Below are positions 33,044-44,100 of a DNA stretch of 64,000 nucleotides, piece by piece. Position numbers and translations under genes: made by a program. The notes below the pieces were generated by a model that ran no database searches, was not told where the DNA came from, and saw only the letters and a list, made by a program, of their open reading frames with translations. How positions within the stretch are numbered: position 1 is the first letter of the stretch; each line of letters begins with the position of its first letter. The DNA comes from a virus, in IMG/VR virus record IMGVR_UViG_3300020416_000001, positions 32,001 to 96,000 of that record, one strand, 5' to 3'.

Positions 33044-34720
33044 ATGGCTAAGCAAAATCTTAACATTGGTGTGTCAGCAAATGACGGCACTGGTGATACC
33101 CTAAGAGATGGTGCTATTAAACTCAATAACGTTATTAACGAGTTATATACCTTTCTGGGAGACAACACAAACCTACAAATTAGTGTCGGGAGTCCGTCAA
33201 CTAATCAGGTTCTAAAATGGAATGGTTCAGTATTCACTGAAGGTCAACTTTCTGTTTCTAATCTTACCGATATTGATGTTAGCGGTGTCAGTAACGGTCA
33301 AGTTCTGAAGTGGAACGAGGCAAACGCTCGTTGGCAAGCAGGGGATGATCTACAAGGTGGTGGAGGCGGTGGTTCTTCTATTACTAATTTGTCAAACAAC
33401 GGATCGGGTAACGTTGTTATCGACACACATTTCCTTCCTAACTCAGATGCAACATACGATCTGGGTTCACCCTCACTGAAGTTCAGAGACTTATACCTTG
33501 ATGAATCTACCCTTTGGATGGGTGACACAGGTATCTCTACTGACTCAGTAACACAAGAAATCAGTCGCAGAAAGAGAAAGGAGCACACTGTTAATAGTAT
33601 TGACACTGGTGCTACCCGTACTATTGCATCTAAACTCGCTTCCGAAGATTCTACACAGGAAGAGGCGTTTAGAACTAGGTTCTCAGCGATGAAAGGAGAC
33701 ACTAAGTTAGAGATCGAAGATGCCACTGGTGCTAAAGCGACGGTTACCTTCAACTCATTCACTGCTGAAAACGGTGGAGCACGTGGATATATAACAACAA
33801 CTGCTGTAGGTGCTAACCAATCACAAGAACTATCGGTTTCAAGTGCTGTTAAGATCACATCATATAACCGTGTGGTATCTGAGGATGAAGGTGGAAACAT
33901 CGAACTCGGTGGTCAGTCACTGAAGTTTGCTGCAGGTAAAGAACTTAAATTCGATGATGATGGAACACTTGAACTTCCTTCAAACTCTTCTATTCGTTTT
34001 GGTGATAGTGGCTCTACGAAGGTCATTGCTATGGACGGTAGCGGTAATTTGGACCTTGCTGTTGGTACTGACATTCGTTTTGGTGGCGATGCTGCTAAGT
34101 CAATCAAGTTTGATGGATCTGGTAACCTTGAAGTCCCAGACACTGCAGAAATTCGTTTCGGATCTGGCGGAACTAAGAAGATAAAATTTGACGGATCTAA
34201 TAACTTAGAACTTCCTGCATCTTCTGAGATCAAGATCGGTACTAAGAGAATGAAGATTGGTACCAATGGTGAACTTGAAGTTGCAAATGATGGTACTAAC
34301 TTTACTGAAGTTGGTGGTGGATTCCAGTCACAGGTCAACAGTGCTCCTGTTGGATCATCAATCATCAAGGGTGCAGGTACATCGGGCACGGTACATAAAC
34401 CTTCACCTACAATCTTGTTCAGATTTACTGCAGTTGGATCTTCCAGTTACACAGTAAACGGACCAGGATTGCCTTCAGGTGGTGCTGCTGATGCTACTTT
34501 GGTTCTCTATCGTGGATTTACATATGACTTCCACAACCAAGCAGGGGGTGCACACCCACTAGCAATCAGAACTTCATCTGGTGGTTCTACATACACAACT
34601 GGTGTTAGTGGTTCCAACACAGGAATCCAAACATTCACCGTACCGATGGATGCACCTAACACTCTTTATTATCAGTGCACCATTCATAGTGGAATGATTG
34701 GAACCCTCGATATAAGGTAA
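33044..34720 (+). CDS. gp9/gp10-like baseplate wedge tail-fibre connector with C-terminal cupredoxin-like domain
   Basis: MAKQNLNIGVSANDGTGDTLRDGAIKLN is the gp9/gp10 N-terminal motif; NGQVLKWN repeats; ends LYYQCTIHSGMIGTLDIR. Confidence 0.8.
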   Translation: MAKQNLNIGVSANDGTGDTLRDGAIKLNNVINELYTFLGDNTNLQISVGSPSTNQVLKWNGSVFTEGQLSVSNLTDIDVSGVSNGQVLKWNEANARWQAGDDLQGGGGGGSSITNLSNNGSGNVVIDTHFLPNSDATYDLGSPSLKFRDLYLDESTLWMGDTGISTDSVTQEISRRKRKEHTVNSIDTGATRTIASKLASEDSTQEEAFRTRFSAMKGDTKLEIEDATGAKATVTFNSFTAENGGARGYITTTAVGANQSQELSVSSAVKITSYNRVVSEDEGGNIELGGQSLKFAAGKELKFDDDGTLELPSNSSIRFGDSGSTKVIAMDGSGNLDLAVGTDIRFGGDAAKSIKFDGSGNLEVPDTAEIRFGSGGTKKIKFDGSNNLELPASSEIKIGTKRMKIGTNGELEVANDGTNFTEVGGGFQSQVNSAPVGSSIIKGAGTSGTVHKPSPTILFRFTAVGSSSYTVNGPGLPSGGAADATLVLYRGFTYDFHNQAGGAHPLAIRTSSGGSTYTTGVSGSNTGIQTFTVPMDAPNTLYYQCTIHSGMIGTLDIR

Positions 34721-34724
34721 TTAA

Positions 34725-36596
34725 ATGCCAAGAACAGTACCTGGAAGTGGAGCGATTATTGAACCTATCTTTAACTCTATATTCGGAGTAAGAGAGGTTT
34801 ATGTAATAGATGGTGGAAACGGATACAACTCATCCGATCCTCCACAACTCAAAGTCGGTAACTGTGGTACCCCAATTAGAGAAGCAGTATTGCAACCTAT
34901 CATTAGTAACGGTCAAATTGCTTCTGTACGAGTTTTGGATCCTGGCGAAGGGTACGATCCATTCAGAATTGAATTAGAAACAGAAGGAGACGGTCACGGT
35001 GCAGTTGCTAAGGCAATCTTGTATGAACAGGATGAACTTGCACCTGATGGTACTATCATTGCTCCTGCAGGTTCTATTCAATACATACAAGTTTTGTCTA
35101 ACGGTGATGAATACTACTCATCTCCCACGACTGCCGAAGTAAAAGGTGGTGGTGGATCTGGTGCTGAACTTCGTCCTGTTGTTGGTCTTGTTACTGGTTT
35201 GTCTTTGGAAAACCAAGGATCAAACTATGAGTTGGGAGACATCAACTTAGTTGTCTCTGGTGGCGGGGGGCAAGGTGCAACTGGCGTTGCTGAGGTGGAT
35301 GAATTTGGCGTTGTCAAATCTATCGACGTCTCCAACGTTGGTGAGTTTTACGAAACTGCACCTACTATCCTACTTAACGGTGGTGGTGGATCTGGTTCTG
35401 TTGCGAAAGCAAATATTGATCTAGGTTCTATTACATCAATCGATGTTATCAACCCTGGTGGTGGATACTCGTCTGCACCCTCTGTCTTGTTCACAAGAAA
35501 CACTGACTTGACTAAAGAGTCAAGAAACCGTCAATCATTTAACTCTAATCTCTATAACATATCTGGTCTACTTGCAGACGTAGACGAGAATGATCAAACC
35601 ATTTATGTACAAACAACTGCTCCTTATCCTGGTTCAGGCAAAATTCTTATCGGTCGAGAAGTTATCCGATATACGGGTAAAACACTTACCTCCTTCACTG
35701 GTTGCGACCGTGCTCTCAATTTCCGATATGATCAAAAGGTAACTGTTGATTCTCTAGCAGACGTAAATGGTGTCTCGGGTTATAACTTTAACGTTGGAGA
35801 CAGAGTTATTAGAACTACAGAAAGTTCTAGTAATAAGATTGCTAGAGTGTATGACTGGATCCCATCACAAAGGGCACTCTTCCTCGTGTTTGAGGTTGAC
35901 GAACTTGCATTTATTGATGGTGGATCGTCACAAGTTAAGTCGCAGGTTATTGACTTTTCTGGTGGTGTTGCTTCAGCATCTGCAACTGGTGTTGAACCTC
36001 ACGTACTAATTGATCTTGCTGATGCACAGATCATAACCTTGACTGTTCCTATTAGTTTCATTCAAGATAAAGCGTTTGAAGATGATGATGAAGCAAGTGG
36101 TGCAGGTGATGGCATACCTGATTTGGTAAATACTAATACTGACTTTGAAGGAGAGATCAACCTTGACGGTGGAATTTCTTCTTCACTTTATGGTATTGAA
36201 GAAACTGTTGGTGGTACTAATACCACTTTGTTTGCGATTGGAGATCAAATGACTGATGGTTCCAATCCTCCACTATCTCCCACAGTGTCTCTAGCAGGAG
36301 AACTTGGAGATGGTGATGTGCATCCTGCCTTGGTGCAATTCCAAATGCGTAGTACCAATCCTGAGAATGGAAACTTTACAGTTTCAGAAACTGTTACAGG
36401 ATCCATTACTGGTATTACTGCTACTGTGAAGTCTTGGGACAATGCAACCAAGATATTGATAGTTGAAAATGTAGTAGGTAATTCAGGCAACTTCCTTTGG
36501 AATAACAACGAAACTGTTACTGGCGGTTCGACAGGAACAGTGGGCACACCACTGAGAATTGAGTATCTCTCATACCTCAGAAACGAACCCGACTAA
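34725..36596 (+). CDS. baseplate-associated structural protein
   Basis: Multiple V.V...G.GY...P.V..GGGG.GA repeats like gp7; located before gp8. Confidence 0.75.
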   Translation: MPRTVPGSGAIIEPIFNSIFGVREVYVIDGGNGYNSSDPPQLKVGNCGTPIREAVLQPIISNGQIASVRVLDPGEGYDPFRIELETEGDGHGAVAKAILYEQDELAPDGTIIAPAGSIQYIQVLSNGDEYYSSPTTAEVKGGGGSGAELRPVVGLVTGLSLENQGSNYELGDINLVVSGGGGQGATGVAEVDEFGVVKSIDVSNVGEFYETAPTILLNGGGGSGSVAKANIDLGSITSIDVINPGGGYSSAPSVLFTRNTDLTKESRNRQSFNSNLYNISGLLADVDENDQTIYVQTTAPYPGSGKILIGREVIRYTGKTLTSFTGCDRALNFRYDQKVTVDSLADVNGVSGYNFNVGDRVIRTTESSSNKIARVYDWIPSQRALFLVFEVDELAFIDGGSSQVKSQVIDFSGGVASASATGVEPHVLIDLADAQIITLTVPISFIQDKAFEDDDEASGAGDGIPDLVNTNTDFEGEINLDGGISSSLYGIEETVGGTNTTLFAIGDQMTDGSNPPLSPTVSLAGELGDGDVHPALVQFQMRSTNPENGNFTVSETVTGSITGITATVKSWDNATKILIVENVVGNSGNFLWNNNETVTGGSTGTVGTPLRIEYLSYLRNEPD

Positions 36597-36602
36597 AACC
36601 CT

Positions 36603-36610
36603 CATAAATA
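36603..36610 (+). promoter_or_regulatory. T4-type late promoter (CATAAATA)
   Basis: Intergenic, 22 nt upstream of gp8 ATG. Confidence 0.7.
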
Positions 36611-36632
36611 AAGAGAAGGTAGAAATTGTCCA

Positions 36633-38168
36633 ATGGCACTACTTACTGACCAATTTAGAATTTTTACTGCGGAAAAATTCATCAAATCACTGGAAGGTCC
36701 TGACAAAAATCAGTCAGACATCGCGGCTGGTGTAAATAGGGATCGTCTATATGTGTACATTGGACGTCCTCAAGAATGGGATAACGAGAACAACCCTCCG
36801 ACTCCTGTAGATTCTTTTCAGGAATTTTCTGACTCCTTCGATGATATGATCTCGATGAAGCGTGTTCTTGCGAACGACGCTGTTCAGGTTATTCGTCGTA
36901 TTGACTGGATCCCACCCGAACAAACCACTGGTGGTTTGGGTTATGTGTACGATATGTATCGTCACGATTATAGTTCCAGTAAAACTGCATCTTCTGGTGC
37001 TACTAAACTGTACGACGCTGATTTTTACGTTGTTAACTCATCGTATCAAACTTATAAATGCATTTACAATGGTACATCCCCCTCTGACCCGAACGGAAAA
37101 CCTTCTACGGTTGAACCTACAGGTACTTCGACTTCAATTATCACTACTGCTGATGGTTATCGTTGGAAGTATATGTACACAATTCCTGTTGGACAGGTTC
37201 TAAAGTTCTTCTCAGGCGACTATATGCCTGTGTTGGTTGATACTGCTGTGGTATCTGATGCTGTGGGTGGTGAGATTGACACTGTTGTTATCCAATCTGC
37301 AGGTTCTGGATACAACAACGGTACATATGAAAACATCCCCATCAAGGGTGATGGTACTGGTGGAAGAATATCTGTTGTGGTTGACGGTGGTCGTATCGTC
37401 TCTGCTACTGTAACTTCTGGTGGTGCAAACTACTCCTTCGGTAAAGTTATTATTGACGAGATCAACGGTATCGGTTCTGGTACTGGATCTGGTGGTGCTA
37501 TCGATGTGATCATTCCTCCTAAAGGTGGACACGGTTCAGGTCCACAAATTGAGTTAGGTGGATTCCGTGTAATGATCAACACCAAGTTCACATACGATGA
37601 AGGTTCTGGAGATTTCCCAACTGACAACGATTACCGTCGTATCGGTTTGGTTCTCAACCCTCTGAAGTTTGGAACTGAAGAATTGGCAGACGCTATTACT
37701 TTGTCTGCTACTAACGCTGTGATTTTCTCGCCCGATTTCACAGGTTCATTTAATACTGACGAAATTATTACTCAAACTCGTACTGTTGGTGGTCAGCAAG
37801 TGACTGCTAGAGGACGAGTTGTGTCTTGGAACTCCACAACAAAGGTTCTGAAGTATTACCAAAACAGAGTCGATGGTATCTTCCCTGAGATCTCTGGTAA
37901 TAAAACAGTCTTTGACGGTGGTAACACTGTTGTTGGTTCAGGTTCTGGTACTTCTGCCGACCCTGATATTAACTTCCCTATTGTTCCTGGTGAAGCGACT
38001 CGTGTTATTAACAACACTGAGTATGACCTAGGTATGTCATTCACATCTGGTTACGCCAAACCCGAAGTGAAAAAAGACTCTGGAAAAGTGATCTACATAG
38101 ACAATAGGAGAGCAATCTCTCGTGCAGGCGACCAAATTGAAGACATCAAGATCGTAGTAGAGTTCTAA
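36633..38168 (+). CDS. gp8: baseplate wedge subunit gp8
   Basis: LLTDQFRI, YDMYRHDYS, YKCIYNG, DGYRWKYMYTI, YIDNRRAISRAGDQIEDIKIVVEF. Confidence 0.93.
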   Translation: MALLTDQFRIFTAEKFIKSLEGPDKNQSDIAAGVNRDRLYVYIGRPQEWDNENNPPTPVDSFQEFSDSFDDMISMKRVLANDAVQVIRRIDWIPPEQTTGGLGYVYDMYRHDYSSSKTASSGATKLYDADFYVVNSSYQTYKCIYNGTSPSDPNGKPSTVEPTGTSTSIITTADGYRWKYMYTIPVGQVLKFFSGDYMPVLVDTAVVSDAVGGEIDTVVIQSAGSGYNNGTYENIPIKGDGTGGRISVVVDGGRIVSATVTSGGANYSFGKVIIDEINGIGSGTGSGGAIDVIIPPKGGHGSGPQIELGGFRVMINTKFTYDEGSGDFPTDNDYRRIGLVLNPLKFGTEELADAITLSATNAVIFSPDFTGSFNTDEIITQTRTVGGQQVTARGRVVSWNSTTKVLKYYQNRVDGIFPEISGNKTVFDGGNTVVGSGSGTSADPDINFPIVPGEATRVINNTEYDLGMSFTSGYAKPEVKKDSGKVIYIDNRRAISRAGDQIEDIKIVVEF

Positions 38169-38172
38169 AACA

Positions 38173-41100
38173 ATGCCTCAGAATACCAATCTGAATATCG
38201 CCCCTTATTTCGACGATTTCGATAAGGCGAATAATTTCTACCGAGTGCTATTCCGCCCTGGGTATCCTATCCAAGCTCGTGAACTGACGACGCTTCAATC
38301 TCTGATGCAAAATCAGGTTGAATCGTTTGGTACACATATGTTCAAGGATGGCAGTATGGTCATCCCTGGTCAGATTGGTTACGACCTCGACGCCAAAGCA
38401 GTTATCCTGCAGGGGTCATTCTTGGGTGCTGATGTTGAACAATATAGAGATCAGATTACAGGTACTATTGTCGAAGGTTTGACAACTGGTATCAAGGCAA
38501 AAGTTTTATTCAGTATTTCTTCTACTGAATCAGAGCGTGGTTATATCACTTTATACGTTAAGTATTTGACATCTGGTGGTGAAGATAGTGACACCAGACA
38601 ATTTGTAAATAACGAGCAGTTGATCTGTGCTTCAGAAATTACTTTCGGTTCATCTCTAATTGAGATCGGAACTCCTTTTGCACAGTTACTTCCAACTAAC
38701 TCTACTGCTGTAGGTTCTACTGCAGCGATAGCACAAGGTGTCTATTTTATTAGAGGACACTTTGTAGATGTTAATGCTCAAACTATTATTCTAGATCAAT
38801 ATACAAACAACCCTTCATATAGAATCGGTCTAGAAATTTTTGAATCTATTGTTACTCCTGAAGATGATCCTAGTCTAAATGACAATGCAACTGGTACGTC
38901 TAACTACTCTGCTCCTGGTGCTCATAGGTTTAGAATCAGGACTTCCCTCGTCAAGAAGGTTATTGATGATGACACCGACAAGAACTTCATCGAACTTTTA
39001 AGAATTAACAAATCTCAAGTTGAGTCATTTGTTGAGAGAACTGCATATAACGAATTAGAAAAAGAACTTGCTAGAAGAACCTTTGACGAATCAGGTGACT
39101 ATACTGTTCGTGATTACGATGTTCGTGTTAGAGAACACTTGAACGATGGTTCTAACGGTGGTGTTTATCTCCCTGGTGAGAATTCACCTGCAGGACTTGG
39201 AGCATCTTCTGCACACTATGCTGTTGAGATTGGACCTGGTAAGGCATACGTTAGAGGTTTTGAGTCTGAGACTCTTGTTCCTACATTCATTGACTTAGCA
39301 AAACCAAGAGATACTCTTGCTTTACAGAACTCAATCATTCCGTTTGAGTTGGGTCAGTATATGTTGATGAGTAATGTGAAGGGATCACCTATCATCAACG
39401 GTAACAATATTACTGCTAACTATCAGGTTATTGAGTTTAGAGATCAATTCCAGAATGGTAACCTCTCTAGTCAAGGACAGATTGTTGCACTTGGTCGTAT
39501 CGCTGCATACGAATATCATAGTGGTACTACTGTTAACTCAACTAACACAGTTTTCAAGGCATACATTTTCGATCTACAACCTCTAACAATCTTCAAGACC
39601 GATGCTGCCGTTACACTTACTCAAGGTCACGTTATCAGAGGACGTACTTCTAAAGCAAAAGCATTTGTTGAAGGCGATGTTAGTGGCGGACAAATCTTCA
39701 ATGTTTATCAGGTTTATGGTACATTCCGAAATGGGGAGATACTTGAGCGTGATGGTATTGAAATCGGTACTCTAAACGATCACTTCTCGTTTGAAGTTAC
39801 AGATGCTCGTTCAATGATCGGTAGAGATCCAGATACAAATAATATTAGATTTGCAGGTGACCTTCTAACTGATGCTCAAGTTGTAATTGTTGGTACAAAC
39901 TTCAATCTTAGTTCTGGTGGTGCTACTGGTACATTGACTGGTACACAGTCTAACTTTACCTTGGACATCAGACCTAATGACATCTTTACACAGAATGGAA
40001 CTAATAGTCTGTTAATTGACAGGATTAGCACCATCTCAGGTAATATTGATAATAAGATCACAACTGCTACAACTGCTAGTTACTCTGGTAACAACATTGC
40101 TGCAGGAGATTATGGATTCTTAGTTAGATTGCGTCCACAAATCTATGATAGAGAAACTGCTGACCTTATGATCGAGATGCCTAAGGAATCTATCAACCAG
40201 ATTTCTGACGAATCTTGTATCGTTGCACGTTCTTTTGACGACATCACAGTTACAGGTGCTAATGACTTTACGATCTCACTACCTGCTGACGAACAGTTCC
40301 TTGCATATGATAAGGATCATTATCAATTAGTATCTCTTGCACCTACCCCAGGTACATTGATTGACATTGAATCAAGTCTTGCATTTAACAGCACTGGTAC
40401 ACCTAGAACTTCACTGACTGTTTCTGGTCTAACTGGTGTTACATCTTGTCGTTTGATTGCTTCTATCTCTAAGAACCAAGCAGAGAAGAAGTTGAAGAAT
40501 GCTACACAGATGGAAGTTATGAAGGTTGAGAGAACCAGTAACTCATCTGATAGCGTCAAGTATGGTCTTGCATACGGTTCATTGTATGGTACTCGTATTG
40601 AAGATGAAGAGATCTCACTTGGATCTACAGACGTTTATAATATTCACGCTATCTACGAATCAGTTGATAACAATCCTGCAGTAATTCCTAACTTGCAGAT
40701 GCAAGATGCAACTATCTTCAAGGAAGGTACTGTTATTGAGGGACAGACATCTAAAGCAAAAGCACGTGTTGTAAACTTCAACGCTGTATCATATATCTGT
40801 CATTTTGTTTATGAGAATGATCAGTTCTTCCAGTTAGGTGAAACTGTTCGTGGTTTTGATGCTAATGATGAGGTTATCACAGGTCTAATTAACGATGCTG
40901 AAGGTAGTATCAATAATGGATCTAGGAACATTACTTCCGATTACTTCCTCGATCCTAACCAGAAGGGTCACTTCTACGACATTTCTAAACTAATTCGTTA
41001 TGCATCATCAACTAAACCTCTAAGAAAATTGATGATTGTGTTTGATAGGTTCACTCACGAAGCAACGGGTGACTATTTTGCAGCACAATCTTATGTTGGT

Positions 41101-44100
41101 ATTGACTATGGTAGGATCCCATCATTTACAGAGAATGGTATTACCAAAGAGTTGAGAGATGTTCTTGACTTTAGACCTGCTGTTACTCCTGTTCTTTCAG
41201 GATCTGGTACTGTTGGATCACCTTATTATGTAAACTGTGCATCACTTGACTTCAAAGATAGAGGATTCTCCTCTGGTGGTGTTGCAAACAATGCTACGGT
41301 TATTGATATTCCAAAACCTGAGTCTGACTTCCGTTGTGACTATGACTATTACCTTGGTAGAGTTGACAAATTATTCCTAACTAATCAGCAAGAATTTAAG
41401 ATTGCTAAAGGTATCTCTGGTGAAAACCAAGAACTTCCTGCAGATATGGATAATGCAATGTTGCTTGCAACATTCTTCCACAAACCATATGGTTACAGTC
41501 CTGACGATGTAAGAATCTCTAGAGAGAACAACCGTAGATTCACTATGCGTGACATCGGTAGAATTGAAAAGAGAGTTGATAACCTTGAGTATTACACATC
41601 TCTAAACCTTCTTGAGATGGAAACTGCATCATTCTCTGTTAAGGATGCTGATGGTTTCGATAAGTTCAAGAATGGATTCCTAGTTGATAACTTTACATCA
41701 TTCGATTCTGCTCAAACTGTACACGAAGACTTTGCTTGTGCTCTTGACTTCAGAGAAGGCATCTTAAGAGCAGCACATTATACAACAAACGTTTCTCTTG
41801 AGTATAACGATACTGCATCGACAGATATGACTAATCATTCTGTTGGTACATTGACTCTTCCATACAATGAGATTCAGTTTATTGTTCAACCATATGCATC
41901 AAGAGTTGAGAATGTAAACCCATTCAACGTGTTTGCTTATATCGGTAGATTGGATCTATTCCCATCATCTGATGACTGGGTAGCAGAAGAAAGAGAACCA
42001 GATAGAGTTGTTAACATTGAAGGTGACTTTACTGCAAGAGTTCAAGCACTTGGTGGTGATAGCAACACAGGTTTCGTTCCTACACAGTGGAACTCTTGGA
42101 GAACTAACTGGTCTTCTAGCAGCACTTCATCTTCATCTCAGTTTATGAGAAGAGGTCACTGGCCGTTCATTAGAAGAATCAATACAAATACTACTACCAC
42201 AGTTTCATCACAATCTAGAACTGGTATTAGAACTAACGTTGTTCCTAGGATTGACCGTCAGTCTCTTGGTGACAGAGTTATTGAGCGTACAGTTATTCCG
42301 TTCATTAGATCAAGAAACATTGCATTTAAGATTCAGCGTCTGAAACCAAACACTAGATTCTATGCATTTATTGACAATGTTAATATTAATTTCTACACAA
42401 CTCCTAGATTGTTAGAAGTTATTAAGAATCCTATTGATGATACAAGAACAAACAACACTCCTTTTGTTGTAGGAGAAACAGTTGTTGGACAAACATCAGA
42501 TTGTCATTTGAAGTTGATGGATCCTAACGTTGGATTCGATGATGATATTAACCCATTTGATAGCAGTGAACTACCTAGTTCTTATGCATCAACAACCCCT
42601 CTCTTGAACATTGACACTAAGATTATGTCAGAGACGGTTGCAGGTCAATACTACGGTAACCCTCTAGAAGGTGAGATCCTTGTTGGTCAAACCTCTGGTG
42701 CTCGTGCTGTTGTTAAGACTAAGCGTCTCGTTGCAAACACTAACGGTGACCTAGAAGGTATTATCTGGATTCCTAATCCTGGTGTTGATACCAACCCAAG
42801 ATTTGCTACAGGTACAAGAGTTGTCAGACTAACAACATCTGCAACTGACTCTAGAGTTCCAGGTCAGGTTGACTCTGCAGCATCTGCAAACTACGTTGCA
42901 TCTGGTGTTATTGAGACTAAGCAAACAACTATCCTTGCTGTTAGAAACGCTGACATCGTTAGAGACACAGTTACTCAAGGTAGAACTGTTAATAGTTCTA
43001 GCACATCTACAAGAGACACAGGTTGGTATGACCCTCTTGCTCAATCATTCTTGGTTGAGTCTAAGGGTGGTGCATTCTTGACTGGTGCTGAACTGTACTT
43101 CAATACTAAGGATGAGAGAATCCCAGTATCTGTACAGGTTAGAGAGATGGCAAATGGTTATCCAACCACTAAAGTTCTTGCATTCTCTGACGTTACACTT
43201 CTTCCTTCACAGATTAACCTTTCTGAGAATGGAACAGTCTCTACTAAGTTTACATTCCCATCACCTGTATATGTGACAGAGAATAGAGAGTATTGTTTGG
43301 TTGTTCTTTCTGACTCAAACGAATACAAACTCTGGATCTCCAGAATGGGTGAAGACGATATTACAAACGATAGAACGATCTCTGAGCAACCATATGCAGG
43401 TGTGCTCTTCAAATCACAGAACGCTTCTACTTGGACTGCTGACCAGTATGAGGATCTTAAGTTTATCCTTCATAAGGCAGAGTTTACGATGAATAAAGTA
43501 GGAACTGCAGTATTCAACAACTCAGAACTTGCTCTTGGTAATGGTGGTATCAGCAGATTGCGTCACAATCCTATTGAAACACTGAAACCACAACTTAAGA
43601 TTATCCTTTCTGATCACATTGCTAACTTCACAATCGGTGCTGAGATTACTCAGACTGATACTAACCCAGTTCCTTCTGCTATTGTTCGTGAAGTTGTACA
43701 AGGTATCTCAGGTTCATCTAACGCTTACATCATTGTTGATGATGTTCAGGGTGAATTCAGGGAAGGTGTTGCATCTGGTGCAAACTACATCTATAGATTA
43801 GTATCATCTAGATCTATCGCTAACCTTACACTGACTGGTGTCACAGGTACATTCCAAGTTGATGAGACAATCACCAATGGTAGTGGTGCCTCTGGTATGG
43901 TTACTGCATTCAATGCAGGTACAGGTGTCCTAACTGTTAAGTCGGTCACTGGTACATTTAACGCTGCCGATCCTATTACACAAACTGTCGGTGGTTCAAC
44001 TGTTGGATCAGGTACGGTTGCATCTGGTGGTGTTGCACTTTCTGGTGATGACATCAATGATTATCCTGCTGCTCCAATCTCATACTTCAACAGAGCGACT

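Noticed and set aside
33298-34389. Long minus-strand ORFs (200 aa, 158 aa; likewise 49556-50200 and many others)
   Set aside because: They are antisense shadows of G/S/T-rich + strand genes whose codon bias yields few reverse stops; no RBS or recognisable motifs
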